A stretch of 63,831 bases of DNA, the filler included, from Lenisia limosa (lineage: Eukaryota > Protista > Breviatea), in NCBI GenBank assembly GCA_001655205.1. It is 15 parts of 15 records of this genome, joined end to end, with 100 filler letters (N's around TTAATTAATTAA, not from the genome) between each part and the next. Parts side by side here need not be neighbours in the genome. Positions count along the whole stretch, not along the records: positions 1 to 7,254 come from LPNZ01010793.1; positions 7,355 to 10,233 come from LPNZ01009123.1; positions 10,334 to 22,878 come from LPNZ01010185.1; 12 more parts are not named here. One strand, written 5' to 3'. The notes beneath the pieces were generated by a model. It was not told the origin of the DNA, did not search any database, and saw only the letters and a list, made by a program, of their open reading frames with translations. The position numbers were made by a program, and so were the translations under genes. The stretch's first letter is position 1; every line of letters starts with the position of its first letter. This document shows, piece by piece, positions 1 to 10,482 of the stretch.

Positions 1-756
1 GTTGCCCCTCCCCAAGACCCAGAGTACCCCCCACTCCCATCCAGTTCACCCCCCTCCAAACCCACCCAGAAGGGCTGCACGCGCTGTGTGTCTCCGTGCC
101 ACCAACAGGGGTGCTCGAAAAGGAAAAGTCTGACAGGAGCACCTTTGGATGTGAAGAAGTATCGGTTAACACTATTGGAATTCAAGATTTGTCAGGACCA
201 AACGTGAATACACGTCCGACAACAGTAATTTTGCTTATCTTCAAGTGAGTTTATTCGGCAGTTTGACACATTAGGCTCTTTATGCCGCTTATGAGGAGTT
301 TATTGAAAATATTTCTCGCGTTATCCCTGTAATTAAGGTCAACTGGTCAGAGGTTCGTGTACATAATTGTATACGTAAAATCTGTATACCCGAACGGTCC
401 CTCAAACCAATTAAAAAAATATGGACATTTATCGGGCTGGTTTTTTCCCCATTTCCATCTACAATTAGTGGGGTAGAGGAGGTCCCCCGTAGATAAGTTT
501 CACTCTAGTTTCTCATAAAAGGTATAAATTCTTGATACATTTCGATGATTTACTAGCCTTTTAGAACTAAATGAGTATGTACATATAACGTATTGCATAG
601 CTATATGGAAAACTGTGTACATACCCATCGGAAAAATCACTATCTCAGAAGTGATACTATCTTACGATTATGGGTATATTTAGAACCGAAACGTAGCGGC
701 CGGATTTCGCCTCTCAAAAACCAACCTTTTCACCGGTCATCCAAACGCCAGCGACC

Positions 757-3074
757 TTACTCATCTAAATCGTCATTGTATGCATAGGGACCTAACAAGA
801 TATTACTTTTCTATGCTTTCACATCATTGGTATTTGAGCTTCTTTATGTCTCAAAAAGAATTAATTTATCATAATAGTGTGATAGCTTCCCGACAGTCCC
901 AAGAAGAATTCCGAATTTCTCGATAAATTCTTGATAGATATCGATAAAAGTAAAACCGAAAAGAAGACCTACTCTTACCATTAAAAAGTCTCTGGGGGTG
1001 GCCGTGATATGATCGAAATCCTGAAAGAGTAAACACTCAGACTCCAAGAGATAGTGATAACCAGGCCAAAGCCGTCCACTATCTATCACATTTCAGAAGT
1101 ACATATATTTTAATACGAAGTGTTCTCTCTGCTTTCTGCTTGGAAAAAATTTGGATTTTCCAGGTATTTTGAGGCACATAGAAAAAAGCTGTGTGCACAG
1201 AGTTGTAAGGTAAATGAGGGAGGTCATCCAATTTATATAGTATATATATATTAAGTTTTCCATGGGGGGTACGTAATATATACACCCATGGGGCATGAGG
1301 TCAGAGGGTGAGAATCATATATCATATGATATATTTTAGTTTTAATTCTGATGAAAATGAGAGTTCACCAATTGAAGTTAACTTCAATTGGCGAACTTTC
1401 ACTTACATCAGAATTAAGGGGTATTTGTTGACACCAAATTTTGAAAAAAAAAATATCTGTCTTCATGGGGTCATGGAGTATGAGGCCTGAAATCACGCTT
1501 TTAATCACGCTTTTTTTTTTTTCATGGGGTCATGAGGTCAGGAAAAAACTTACTATATANNNNNNNNNNNNNNNNNNNNNNNNNNNNNNNNNNNNNNNNN
1601 NNNNNNNNNNNNNNNNNNNNNNNNNNNNNNNNNNNNNNNNNNNNNNNNNNNNNNNNNNNNNNNNNNNNNNNNNNNNNNNNNNNNNNNNNNNNNNNNNNNT
1701 CCACTTGTTGCTTGGTTATGCGAGATTATTGGGCACTTATTGGGATATTTGAAGGCAGGAAACAACCCCTTTTCAAACCTGGAGGGAAATATAGAACTCA
1801 TCCCCACACTCCCAGCTGTGGGCCTTCCATTCAGCCCAGGTGGACATTGACGCTAATGTAATTAGTGTAAATAATACATCATATGAAAGTGCAAGTAATG
1901 TAAATGTAACTGTCGATGAAATCTCAACTCCATAGGCATGGGAGAAACATAATGGGAGAAACATAATATAATGTAAACATATCATATGATGCAAATTTGG
2001 CTTTTCATCGGTCAGGATCAAAATGAAGCCGTAGAAACAATAAACAAAAATATCATTTTCAATAATGAACCGTAAAGTAAATATTCGCTCACTACTCATA
2101 TAAAACCGCCCCTTGGCGCCGTTCAATTTATTGAGAAAACAATTTTGAAATTTGGAGTGGGATGGGATATGTGGTAGTACCCCCCCCCCCCNNNNNNNNN
2201 NNNNNNNNNNNNNNNNNNNNNNNNNNNNNNNNNNNNNNNNNNNNNNNNNNNNNNNNNNNNNNNNNNNNATGCCATAGGCGGCGGGCATGCGCGACTCGGA
2301 TTTGTGAGAGCCCTTGCAATGACCACGAATTTTGCCCCGTCATGGTACATCATATTGAAGGTTCGTAGGACTCCATTGCTGATAGTTAAAAGGGAAAATT
2401 TCTGGGCCCAAAATAACGGGGTGATACTATTGGGTATATACGTGGGTGAGGGGTATGAAGTGCTTTACTAATCCAGGTGGTTTATCGTGGTCACTGTATA
2501 TTATACATCTATGTATATAGTCTCATATGATATAAGTAGGGCTTCACTTAGGTTCAAAACAAACCGAGAAAATATCGGTAGTTTTCGAAGATTTATCAAG
2601 GAATTCAGTCTTTTTTCGAACCGAAGTGAAGCCCTAGATATAATACATAATATAAAACTTCACTTTCAGTTCCAAATGATATGATACAAAAAAATTTACC
2701 CTTCAATTTATCGAGAATTTATTGAGAATTCTGGTACCCCTCTTACACCATCATTTCACAGGGACCTTCATTGGTTGCTTCCGAGCACGGAAACATGTAG
2801 GTAGTCATGAAATTGGCAAGATACTCATCAAGGGTTCGGTTACCGATCTAAATAGTCCATGTGTGAGAACTTTGACAATTGATATACTATTCCGTAATGC
2901 GAACCAAGTATCTAGCCGAAGCCGTCCAAAACATCAAGAGAGAGAAAGAGAAAAAAGTGGATGAGAAAAGAACAGTCACAGTTCTATTAGGCCTCCTCCA
3001 ACCGAGACATTGTCAAAAGTGGCAGTGGTAGCATTGAGAGATTCAACTTTAGCTTTCACAATTGTTGCGTCATC
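757..3074 (-). CDS. Multi-exon hypothetical protein, possibly a secreted/lysosomal glycoprotein; 5' end not found
   Basis: Phase-consistent GT-AG exons joined by hand: DDATIVKAKVESLNATTATFDNVS|IGNRTLDEYLANFMTTYMFPCSEATNEGPCEMMV|NGVLRTFNMMYHDGAKFVVIARALTNPSRACPP...WAEWKAHSWECGDEFYISLQ...FRSYHGHPQRLFN|GPYAYNDDLDE*. Several N-x-S/T sequons. N gaps hide parts. No family recognised. Confidence 0.5.
2537..2636. mobile_element. hAT-like MITE (family C), full 100-bp copy
   Basis: TIRs tagggcttcactt...aagtgaagcccta; flanks gatataag / gatataat (7 of 8 bp match, TSD). Confidence 0.85.
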
Positions 3075-3290
3075 TTAACACTATCAGTTTGGAACCCTTT
3101 GTTGCATTCGATTCTAATAATCTAACCACATTATCTTGATATTAATCCGCTTTTTTTTCTTCATATAATTCCGCAATTTATCTGCAAACAAAGGGAGTGA
3201 CAAAAATAACAAAATAACAAATAAAACAAGAAATTTCTATTGATGAATATTAAAATTGAAAATTATAAATGTTTACCTATGGCTGAATAT

Positions 3291-3401
3291 GAAACCAAAG
3301 CGCGGGTTAAGAAGAAACCAAAGCGCGGATTAAGATGAAACCAAAGCGCGGATTAAGATGAAACCAAAGCGCGGATTAAGATGAAAACAAAGCGCGTTTA
3401 A
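3291..3401. repeat. Tandem repeat, 23-bp unit gaaaccaaagcgcggattaagat, about 4.8 copies
   Basis: Read directly from the sequence; no spacers; intergenic between divergent genes. Confidence 0.9.
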
Positions 3402-3905
3402 AATATGTATAGAAACTGGAATTGACCTTTTCCGGAAGACATATGCTTAATCTACTAAAATGGTAGCTGGATATATCCATATTTTGACAATGATGTAGGA
3501 AAATGGTATGAATGACAAATGTAAACTTGATGGTCAAATAGGTCCGGGCAATTCCTCATAAGCATACCACAAGCAAGTGAGCTAATTTCAACGCCGCCTG
3601 TGGCTTTTGTACTAAGAAAGCCAAGGCTATAGAAGTTAGAAGGCTCTTGTGGTCAGAGCACCGACAAACCTAGGCTGAATAAACAAAATTCCCGCCACGA
3701 ATAGAACAATTAGTTTTTGCTGCAAGTAACTAAGCATGATGGCTAACAGGGCTTGAACAGGGCAAGAGCAGAAAACGAAAAATTTTTAAACAAGTATAAA
3801 CACCACGGATTTGAAAAACTTGAATTTTGTGAAACAATCCATCTTTTAACAAATTACTACCTTAAATAAGCTTATTTTTTGTAAGTTGTGAAAGAAAAGT
3901 AATCA

Positions 3906-6900
3906 ATGTCCCGTTTAGCCTCTCTTGCCGCTGGTGTTGGACCTGTCACCCCCTCAATGACTCCCTCCGTCTCACCCAGTGTCCAGAGAAGAGGCAACAC
4001 TGCTTCTCCTAACCCTGCCATCACACAAACCAAGAACACCCAGGTTTGTCGGGTTTCCCCTTTCTGCTCTTCCAGATGAATTGTCTTCATGTCGCTTAGC
4101 TCGAGCATTGGGCCACTCTCGATGTTGAAAACGAGGCTGGTGTCCTTAAGCTGACCGGGCTTATCTGCACAATCGGTTTGAGGAGACTATACTGCCGATC
4201 TGATGATGATTTCATTTGTGCTCATCTTAACTAAATATGAAACGCGGAGGAATTAGGGGATATGGGAGGGTTCTTTTCTTTGCTCTTCTGAAACACCCAC
4301 TATAAATATGAAAGTAGTGAGTGCTCCAGTAGTCCTCTCCTGACATTATGTATCCATTATTCTGTAGAATGTTCGCGAACGTTTTTTTTTTGTTATTCTC
4401 TCTTTTTTGCTGTGTGTACAGAAGTGCAAATGATTGGGTGAATAATATTATGCTCTAATCCAATATCTCTTATACGCGTGATGGTGTGGACGTCTTCGGC
4501 CAGATACAACCTTGTTTTATTGTTCATCTCTGCTTCTTGTGCTCATGAATTGATTTTTTTTGCTCTTTTGAAACTAGGACAGATGGGTGCGCATACCTGT
4601 CGATTGGTCATATTCAGCGATACATTTTGCCTCTATCCTTTGCTTTCACCGCTGGAACCCATAAGTCATTTCTTTTACAGTGCCATCTTCTTCACATTCT
4701 TTACCGATGTATATTATACTATATGGCTAAGGTCACAAAAAGGCTGTATTTCTCTATAAATCTTCGATAGTTATCGATATTTTCCAGGACTTTTTGTGAC
4801 CTTAGGAAGCCCTAATTATTTGTATATCATGCTTGTATGAACTAGAACTTCAAACGTCTAATTTCAATATTTGTCAATTAATCTGAAATCCTAATAGTAA
4901 CCTCCATAGGCCCCAAGACAAACAAACCAGATGTTCTTGAGGACTTGGTCAGTGCTGGCATGAACATTGCCCGACTCAACTGCTCACATGGCACTTATGA
5001 CGTGGGGGGGTATATATGATATACAGTATATGCATGTTTATAAAATTTAGTACCATAAAAAAATTTAGTGTCACAACCAACATTTATTATCATAACCAAC
5101 TTTTAGAATCATTATAACTAGGACTTCCCTACGGTCCTAAAAAGACTGAATTTCTCAATCATACCAATTTAGTACCATAACAATTTAGTATCATAACAAT
5201 TTAGTATCATAACAATTTAGTATCATAGCAATTTAGTATCATAACAATTTAGTTTCATAACAATTTAGTATCAGAACAATTTATTTTACCAATTTAGTAT
5301 CAGAACAATTTAGATTAACAATTTTGTATCAGAACATACTAAATTTAGTATCATAACGATTTAGTATCATGGTTCTGTCATCAAGCACGTGAGAGAAGCC
5401 TCCGAGAAGTCCGGCAAANNNNNNNNNNNNNNNNNNNNNNNNNNNNNNNNNNNNNNNNNNNNNNNNNNNNNNNNNNNNNNNNNNNNAGTATATCATATGC
5501 ATATCTTATCATATGTGATCTGTACAGCGGGTGTTTTAAACAAATCACATGGCAATAATGGGAGAAAGAGGGGTGTTATTCCTAATTTTTGCCCCTTACC
5601 CCCCCTGCAGAAGGACTGACCTGGGATTTGTTTGTTTTGTTGTTATTAACCCTTGTGTGTTGTCAGCCAACAGAGTTAATTTTGGACTTTTTATTGTTTC
5701 ATAAATTTACCAATTTTTCTCCACCTCTCTCTTCCTACCCCCCACTAATTCGACCCCTTCAGCATTGCTCTCGATACCAAGGGCCCCGAAATTAGAACTG
5801 GACTCACCCCTGATGGTGGAGAGGTGGGGGGTACTATGTTATTCGGGGTTCCCTACGGTCCCAAAGACCGAGTATCTTGACTAATCCTTGATCAATATCG
5901 ATATTTTGCCGGGTTTTTGGGGTATAATTACCGCATGACTGACTGCCTTGATCGGTATAATTGTCATGTACTGTCAATAGAAACTAATAAATAGTTTCAT
6001 CCTGACCGATTCAGTTCCATTTGGAGTGTAATGCCCCCGTCACTATCACTACGGATGAAGCGTTCAAAGAGGTAGGATGGGGGGGGGGGGTAAAATACTG
6101 TGACTTGAAATGGGCACTTGTATTTTTTGCAAAAAAGATACTTACCTTTTATAGAAGTGCTGTGCTGAAGTCATTTACGTGGATTACACCAATCTGCCTA
6201 ATGTTATTAATGTGGGTTTTCAGCTGCTCTATTTAATTTCTACTCCGTTATTCTTTTTGGTTTCGGGCTTTTTATTGCATAAACAGTCTCAACACTGCTG
6301 CAGAAACGACTGGTGGGCGTTGTTTGTTTTGTTGCCCAAATCACAGAGTTGATTTTGGGTTTTATTTGTTTTATAAATTTTCCATTCCTTTTGTTTGATA
6401 CCCCCTCACCCTGGGCAGGTTGGCGCCCACATTTACATCGATGATGGGCTGGTGCAACTCAAGGTAGAAAGCGTCAACGGCAAGAACGTATACTGCAAAA
6501 CCCTCAACGCAGGTTTGCTTTTGCCTTCCTTTTATGGAAGGTTGGGGTTCAGCTCACTTTCCTTTTTTGGAAGGATATATTTTTTTAAAAGTTAACATAT
6601 TAGGAACTTTGTCTTCTCGCAAGGGTGTTAATCTCCCCGGTGTTGATGTCGATCTGCCAGCAGTTTCGGAGAAGGATAAGAACGATCTCAAGTGGGGGGG
6701 GGGGGTATAGCTAGGGCTTCACTTCTGTTCAAAAAAAGACTGAATTTATCGATAAATCGTCGAAAACTATCGATATTTTCTCGGTCTTTTTTGAACGTAA
6801 GTGAAGCCCTAGGTATAGCGAGTGGTAAGAAAATGATGAAAATCATCAGAAATTTTGAGTAATTTGAAAAACACAATATTCATAAATTGTCCAATATACT

Positions 6901-7006
6901 CACGATTCTTCATCGAAATTCCCTTTATTCACCCCCACAGGTTCGGAGCTGATCAAGGTGTCGATGTCATTTTCGCTTCCTTTATTAGAAGAGCCCAGGA
7001 TGTCAC
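3906..7006 (+). CDS. PK: Pyruvate kinase, N-terminal half (10 exons; truncated by the contig end at 7254)
   Basis: Exons 3906-4043, 4100-4175, 4910-5001, 5365-gap, 5763-5823, 6015-6071, 6155-6211, 6419-6512, 6604-6691, 6941-7006, with GT-AG boundaries and consistent phases where sequenced. Hallmark motifs [62 protein letters not shown]. Confidence 0.97.
4440..4520 (-). repeat. Dispersed repeat family D (core gtatctggccgaagccgtccacaccatcacgc); other copies near 1060, 2905, 8510-8615, 22755-22830, 29720-29790, 54495-54560
   Basis: The same core, often with flank agagatattggatta, seen by eye at 7 or more non-coding positions on both strands. Confidence 0.7.
5165..5370 (+). repeat. 16-bp tandem array (aatttagtatcataac) made of the PK intron-3 acceptor plus the first 6 nt of exon 4
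   Basis: About 11 TTTAG copies between 5168 and 5364; the last is the in-frame acceptor (tttag|tat cat ggt = YHG). Confidence 0.9.
5605..5762 (+). repeat. Family A splice-site-anchored repeat at the 3' end of a PK intron
   Basis: ctgggatttgtttgttttgttgttattaacccttgtgtgttgtcagccaacagagtt...tttcataaattt...ccccc...cag|exon. Confidence 0.85.
6295..6418 (+). repeat. Family A repeat (internally deleted) ending at a PK acceptor
   Basis: ctgcagaaacgactgg...cacagagttgattttggg...ttataaattttcc...ccccctcaccctgggcag|. Confidence 0.75.
6712..6811. mobile_element. hAT-like MITE (family C), full 100-bp copy in a PK intron
   Basis: TIRs tagggcttcactt / aagtgaagcccta; perfect 8-bp TSD ggtatagc at 6704-6711 and 6812-6819. 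Confidence 0.92.
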
Positions 7007-7147
7007 GTGAGCTTCTGGTGGTGTACCTTGACTTTTTTTTGATATGATATGAGATTGGCTTTCATTGAATATCATATAGTATATTATCCATATATTATAG
7101 TGAAAGCTGCGAACATCAAAACTCCCGGGCAGCTTGAATATAGGGCT

Positions 7148-7254
7148 GGGATGCGGGGCTGCAGGCTTTGGTTGTTTTGTTGTTAGCAACCCTCGTGTAT
7201 TGACAGCCAACAGAGTTGATTTGGGCTTTTGTGTTTTATAAATAATCCTTTTAC
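7148..7254 (+). repeat. Family A repeat including its 5' end (gggatgcggggctgcag), cut by the contig end
   Basis: Matches the A consensus (ctcgtgtattgacagccaacagagttgatttgggc). Confidence 0.8.
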
Positions 7255-7354
7255 NNNNNNNNNNNNNNNNNNNNNNNNNNNNNNNNNNNNNNNNNNNNTT
7301 AATTAATTAANNNNNNNNNNNNNNNNNNNNNNNNNNNNNNNNNNNNNNNNNNNN
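7255..7354. other. Artificial contig linker N44-TTAATTAATTAA-N44. The other 13: 10234-10333, 22879-22978, 25902-26001, 27408-27507, 31410-31509, 33059-33158, 41452-41551, 43260-43359, 45667-45766, 50207-50306, 53789-53888, 61049-61148, 62353-62452
   Basis: All 14 are exactly 100 bp with a 12-mer carrying stops in all six frames; genes (PK, PMM, dynein) are cut at them and do not continue across. Confidence 0.97.
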
Positions 7355-10233
7355 TTTGGACAGGAGGCGGCATGGGTGAAGGTGAGGGTGTGGAGGCTAC
7401 GGGGCTCTGAGGGGGCTCGATAGCAACTGGGGGGTTGATATTAGAGCTTCACTATCGGTACAAACTAGAAAATATTGATATTTATCCAGGATTAATCAGT
7501 CTTAATTAAGAACTGAAGGGGAAGCTTGAGTTAATAATACGTATGGAAATTAATGAAGCAAAAAAAAACTTTGTTGTACTTTCTACAGAATACTGCTATG
7601 CTTGAAACAAGCAGGATGTTGTCATGTGCTTGTAAAGAGCAGGCGCCTACCTTCGTCCAGGTCCTCCTGGTAAGTGGCGGGTGTGGATGGCGTGAGGCGC
7701 AGACGTGTGTCGCGTCGTTGCTTACGTGATCGGACAGGAGATGTTCGGCGCGGCGGCGTGAGGGAGTAGAGCTCACGTGACACTGACCTGGAGGGGGGGG
7801 GGTGTAAAATGTGGAAAATTTATGAAACAAAAAATGCCTAAAAACAACTGTTGGCTGACAACACACGAGGGTAGATAACAACAAAAAAAATAAAACAAAG
7901 CCCAGGCCCGTCACTTCTGCAGCACCGCATCCCATCACTCGCGTATTGAGTAACAATGGAAAATATTTGTGAAACCAAATACCCAGAATCATTGTAATTC
8001 CCAATGCTTAAGAGCTTCTGCCCCCCCCCCCNNNNNNNNNNNNNNNNNNNNNNNNNNNNNNNNNNNNNNNNNNNNNNNNNNNNNNNNNNNNNNNNNNNNN
8101 NNNNNNGGTGATGGTGATAGCGACCTTGAAGGAGAACGCTCTGTCGAACTTGTGTGTCAAGATAAATGCAGAAAAACACAGGACAAACGGGCTCAATGCA
8201 ATTGATTGAAAAATTATTCAGATACTTTAATTTCAAATTTTGTCGATCAATATCTTCAGTCCTTGGATAACTTGATAAATGTTGGATAAATGCAGGATAA
8301 AAACAGAATACTAGATATAGGATATAAAACAGGAAACTAGATATAGGATAATACAGGATACTAGGTGTTGGATAAATATAGGATAGATGCAGGATACACA
8401 TTTGACATGAGTTAGTATACCGCAACTATAATTTCTAACTCGTACTTTACATCCATAATATGGTATGATAAACTCAGAAATGTTGGGATGAGTGCTGCAG
8501 GATTACTATGAAGAGGATAGCTGAAGCCATCCACACCATCACGCCCGTAGGTGATATTGAATTATATCTAGCAATGAGAAAAAAAAAAAGGTTTTATCTG
8601 GCCGAAGCCGTCCACACCATCATTATTTGCCTAACAGCTCTGTGCACACATTTTTCTGATGAAGGCTAGTATTGGTATATTTAAGGTTTCACTCAGTTCG
8701 AAAAAAAAAATGGTAAACTATCGAAGTACTGTATGTCGAGGATTTATCGAGAAATTCAGTAATTTTCTGGAGGGAAGCACTCGGTATATTATTTGAACTG
8801 AGAACAGCTCCCCAGATTCCTACCTTTGGACTCGGGGAAGCGGAGAGGAGGACTTTTCGTTGGGGTGGGGGGAGGAGCTGGGAAGTTAATGGTGATGAAG
8901 GGGTGACGTGGAGGTGACTACTCATACATATATAGCGATAAGTCCTGACACAGATGTTTAGCTTTATCTTTAGTCAATCGTGTCAGGACTTATCGCGGTC
9001 ATTGTAAAGGTAAATAGGAATCATCTTGTATAATATATGTAATAGATTGCTATCATCCCCCCCCCCCCCNNNNNNNNNNNNNNNNNNNNNNNNNNNNNNN
9101 NNNNNNNNNNNNNNNNNNNNNNNNNNNNNNNNNNNNNNNNNNNNNNNNNNNNNNNNNNNNNNNNNNNNNNNNNNNNNNNNNNNNNNNNNNNNNNNNTTAA
9201 AAAACAGAAGCTATAAGTTCCATTTGTAAGGAAGATAAATCATCATTATTCACTAAGTGCGAGCACTACAAAGAAAAGAAGAATCAGATGTTGCTGCGTT
9301 AATGAAGAATTCAAGAAAAGTTTAAGCTAGAGAATTATGAACGTGAAGCTATCAAGACAGCAACAGACCTTCTTTGATGGGGCTGCGGGGGGGAGGCTTC
9401 TGATTGAGGGGAGTGACTTGCATTGTGAGGTGGGGGCGATTGTGACNNNNNNNNNNNNNNNNNNNNNNNNNNNNNNNNNNNNNNNNNNNNNNNNNNNNNN
9501 NNNNNNNNNNNNNNNNNNNNNNNNNNNNNNNNNNNNNNNNNNNNNNNNNNNNNNNNNNNNNNNNNNNNNNNNNNNNNNNNNNNNNNNNNNNNNNNNNTGT
9601 TGTTATTGGTTGCCCAACTAAGTATTTATAATGCTCCGTGCAATTAATTTTTTGAAGAAATTAATTGACAAAATTTGAAATGAAAGTGTCTCAAATGGCT
9701 TCTCGTTACAATATTTCTCATTTCAACTTTTGCAATTATTTTTTCAATTAATTTCTACGGAGTCTAAGTATTTATCCACAGCATCCCCATACTGCTGAAT
9801 TGGAGAAGGCGATTTGCGAGTAATCTGGAAAAGTAAGCGTANNNNNNNNNNNNNNNNNNNNNNNNNNNNNNNNNNNNNNNNNNNNNNNNNNNNNNNNNNN
9901 NNNNNNNNNNNNNNNAAAAAAAAGTAAACAAAAGCAAATGAGACTTATTGGAACACTTGGATTGGTATGATTGAGGCTTCACCCCGATCCAGAATACGAC
10001 TGAATGTCTCGATGAATTGTCGATAAATACCGATTTTTACCAGTCTTTATTCGAACAGCCCAAGATATGTAGTTTTCCCTACGGTCCGAAAAAGACCGTT
10101 AAAACATCGATATTAATCGCGAGATCGTACGGAAGCCCTAATAATATGTCTATTCATAGTCTAACCTGCAGTGGTTCGACCTTGTTTGCTGCCCTCTCCT
10201 CAAGTTCCCGCATCAAATCATCCTCGGAATCTG
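7355..10233 (-). CDS. Multi-exon hypothetical Ser/Pro/Arg-rich protein (internal fragment)
   Basis: Exons DSEDDLMRELEERAANKVEPLQ, ITRKSPSPIQQYGDAVDKYL, VTPSSPLTSQLLPPPQRKVLLSASPSPK, SVSRELYSLTPPRRTSPVRSRKQRRDTRLRLTPSTPATYQEDLDE|VAIEPPQSPVASTPSPSPMPPPVQ, with C-rich acceptors on the minus strand. Confidence 0.55.
7788..7933 (-). repeat. Family A repeat, near full length, ending at a minus-strand acceptor
   Basis: Reverse complement: gggatgcggtgctgcagaagtgacgggcctgggctttg...gtcagccaacag...tttcataaattttccacattttacaccccccccctccag|. Confidence 0.88.
8935..9005. mobile_element. Small MITE related to family E, with a perfect 17-bp inverted repeat
   Basis: gcgataagtcctgacac (8935-8951) and gtgtcaggacttatcgc (8980-8996); right end ggtcattg|ta resembles the family E terminus. 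Confidence 0.65.
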
Positions 10234-10337
10234 NNNNNNNNNNNNNNNNNNNNNNNNNNNNNNNNNNNNNNNNNNNNTTAATTAATTAANNNNNNNNNNN
10301 NNNNNNNNNNNNNNNNNNNNNNNNNNNNNNNNNTACT

Positions 10338-10375
10338 TTAAGGCTCTCAACAGTTTGGGCTTTTTGGTCTTGTAT
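10338..10375 (+). mobile_element. TTAA-flanked element terminus; perfect inverted partner at 11903-11940
   Basis: ttaaggctctcaacagtttgggctttttggtcttgtat is the exact reverse complement of 11903-11940. Confidence 0.7.
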
Positions 10376-10482
10376 CACTCAAGATTGAGTGAATGTGCAC
10401 TGTGTTTGTCATAATAGCCACGTATTTGATAGCCAAGGCCCCTCCATTCTTCCATTTAATCCTTTTTCATTCATCAAACCAG

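Noticed and set aside
3291-3401. 23-bp repeat as a CRISPR array
   Set aside because: Units are head-to-tail with no unique spacers, there are no cas genes, and the context is eukaryotic.
3872-4108. Minus-strand 78-aa ORF
   Set aside because: Antisense shadow of PK exons 1-2.
5605-5762. Classic Introner model in which the whole intron equals one element with both TIRs
   Set aside because: No fully sequenced intron shows the same family at both ends; A and B occupy one end at a time. Kept only as a hypothesis in the findings.
7299-7310. Recurrent TTAATTAATTAA as a biological palindrome or CRISPR-like repeat
   Set aside because: Always centred in exactly 100 bp of N; this is a six-frame-stop assembly spacer.
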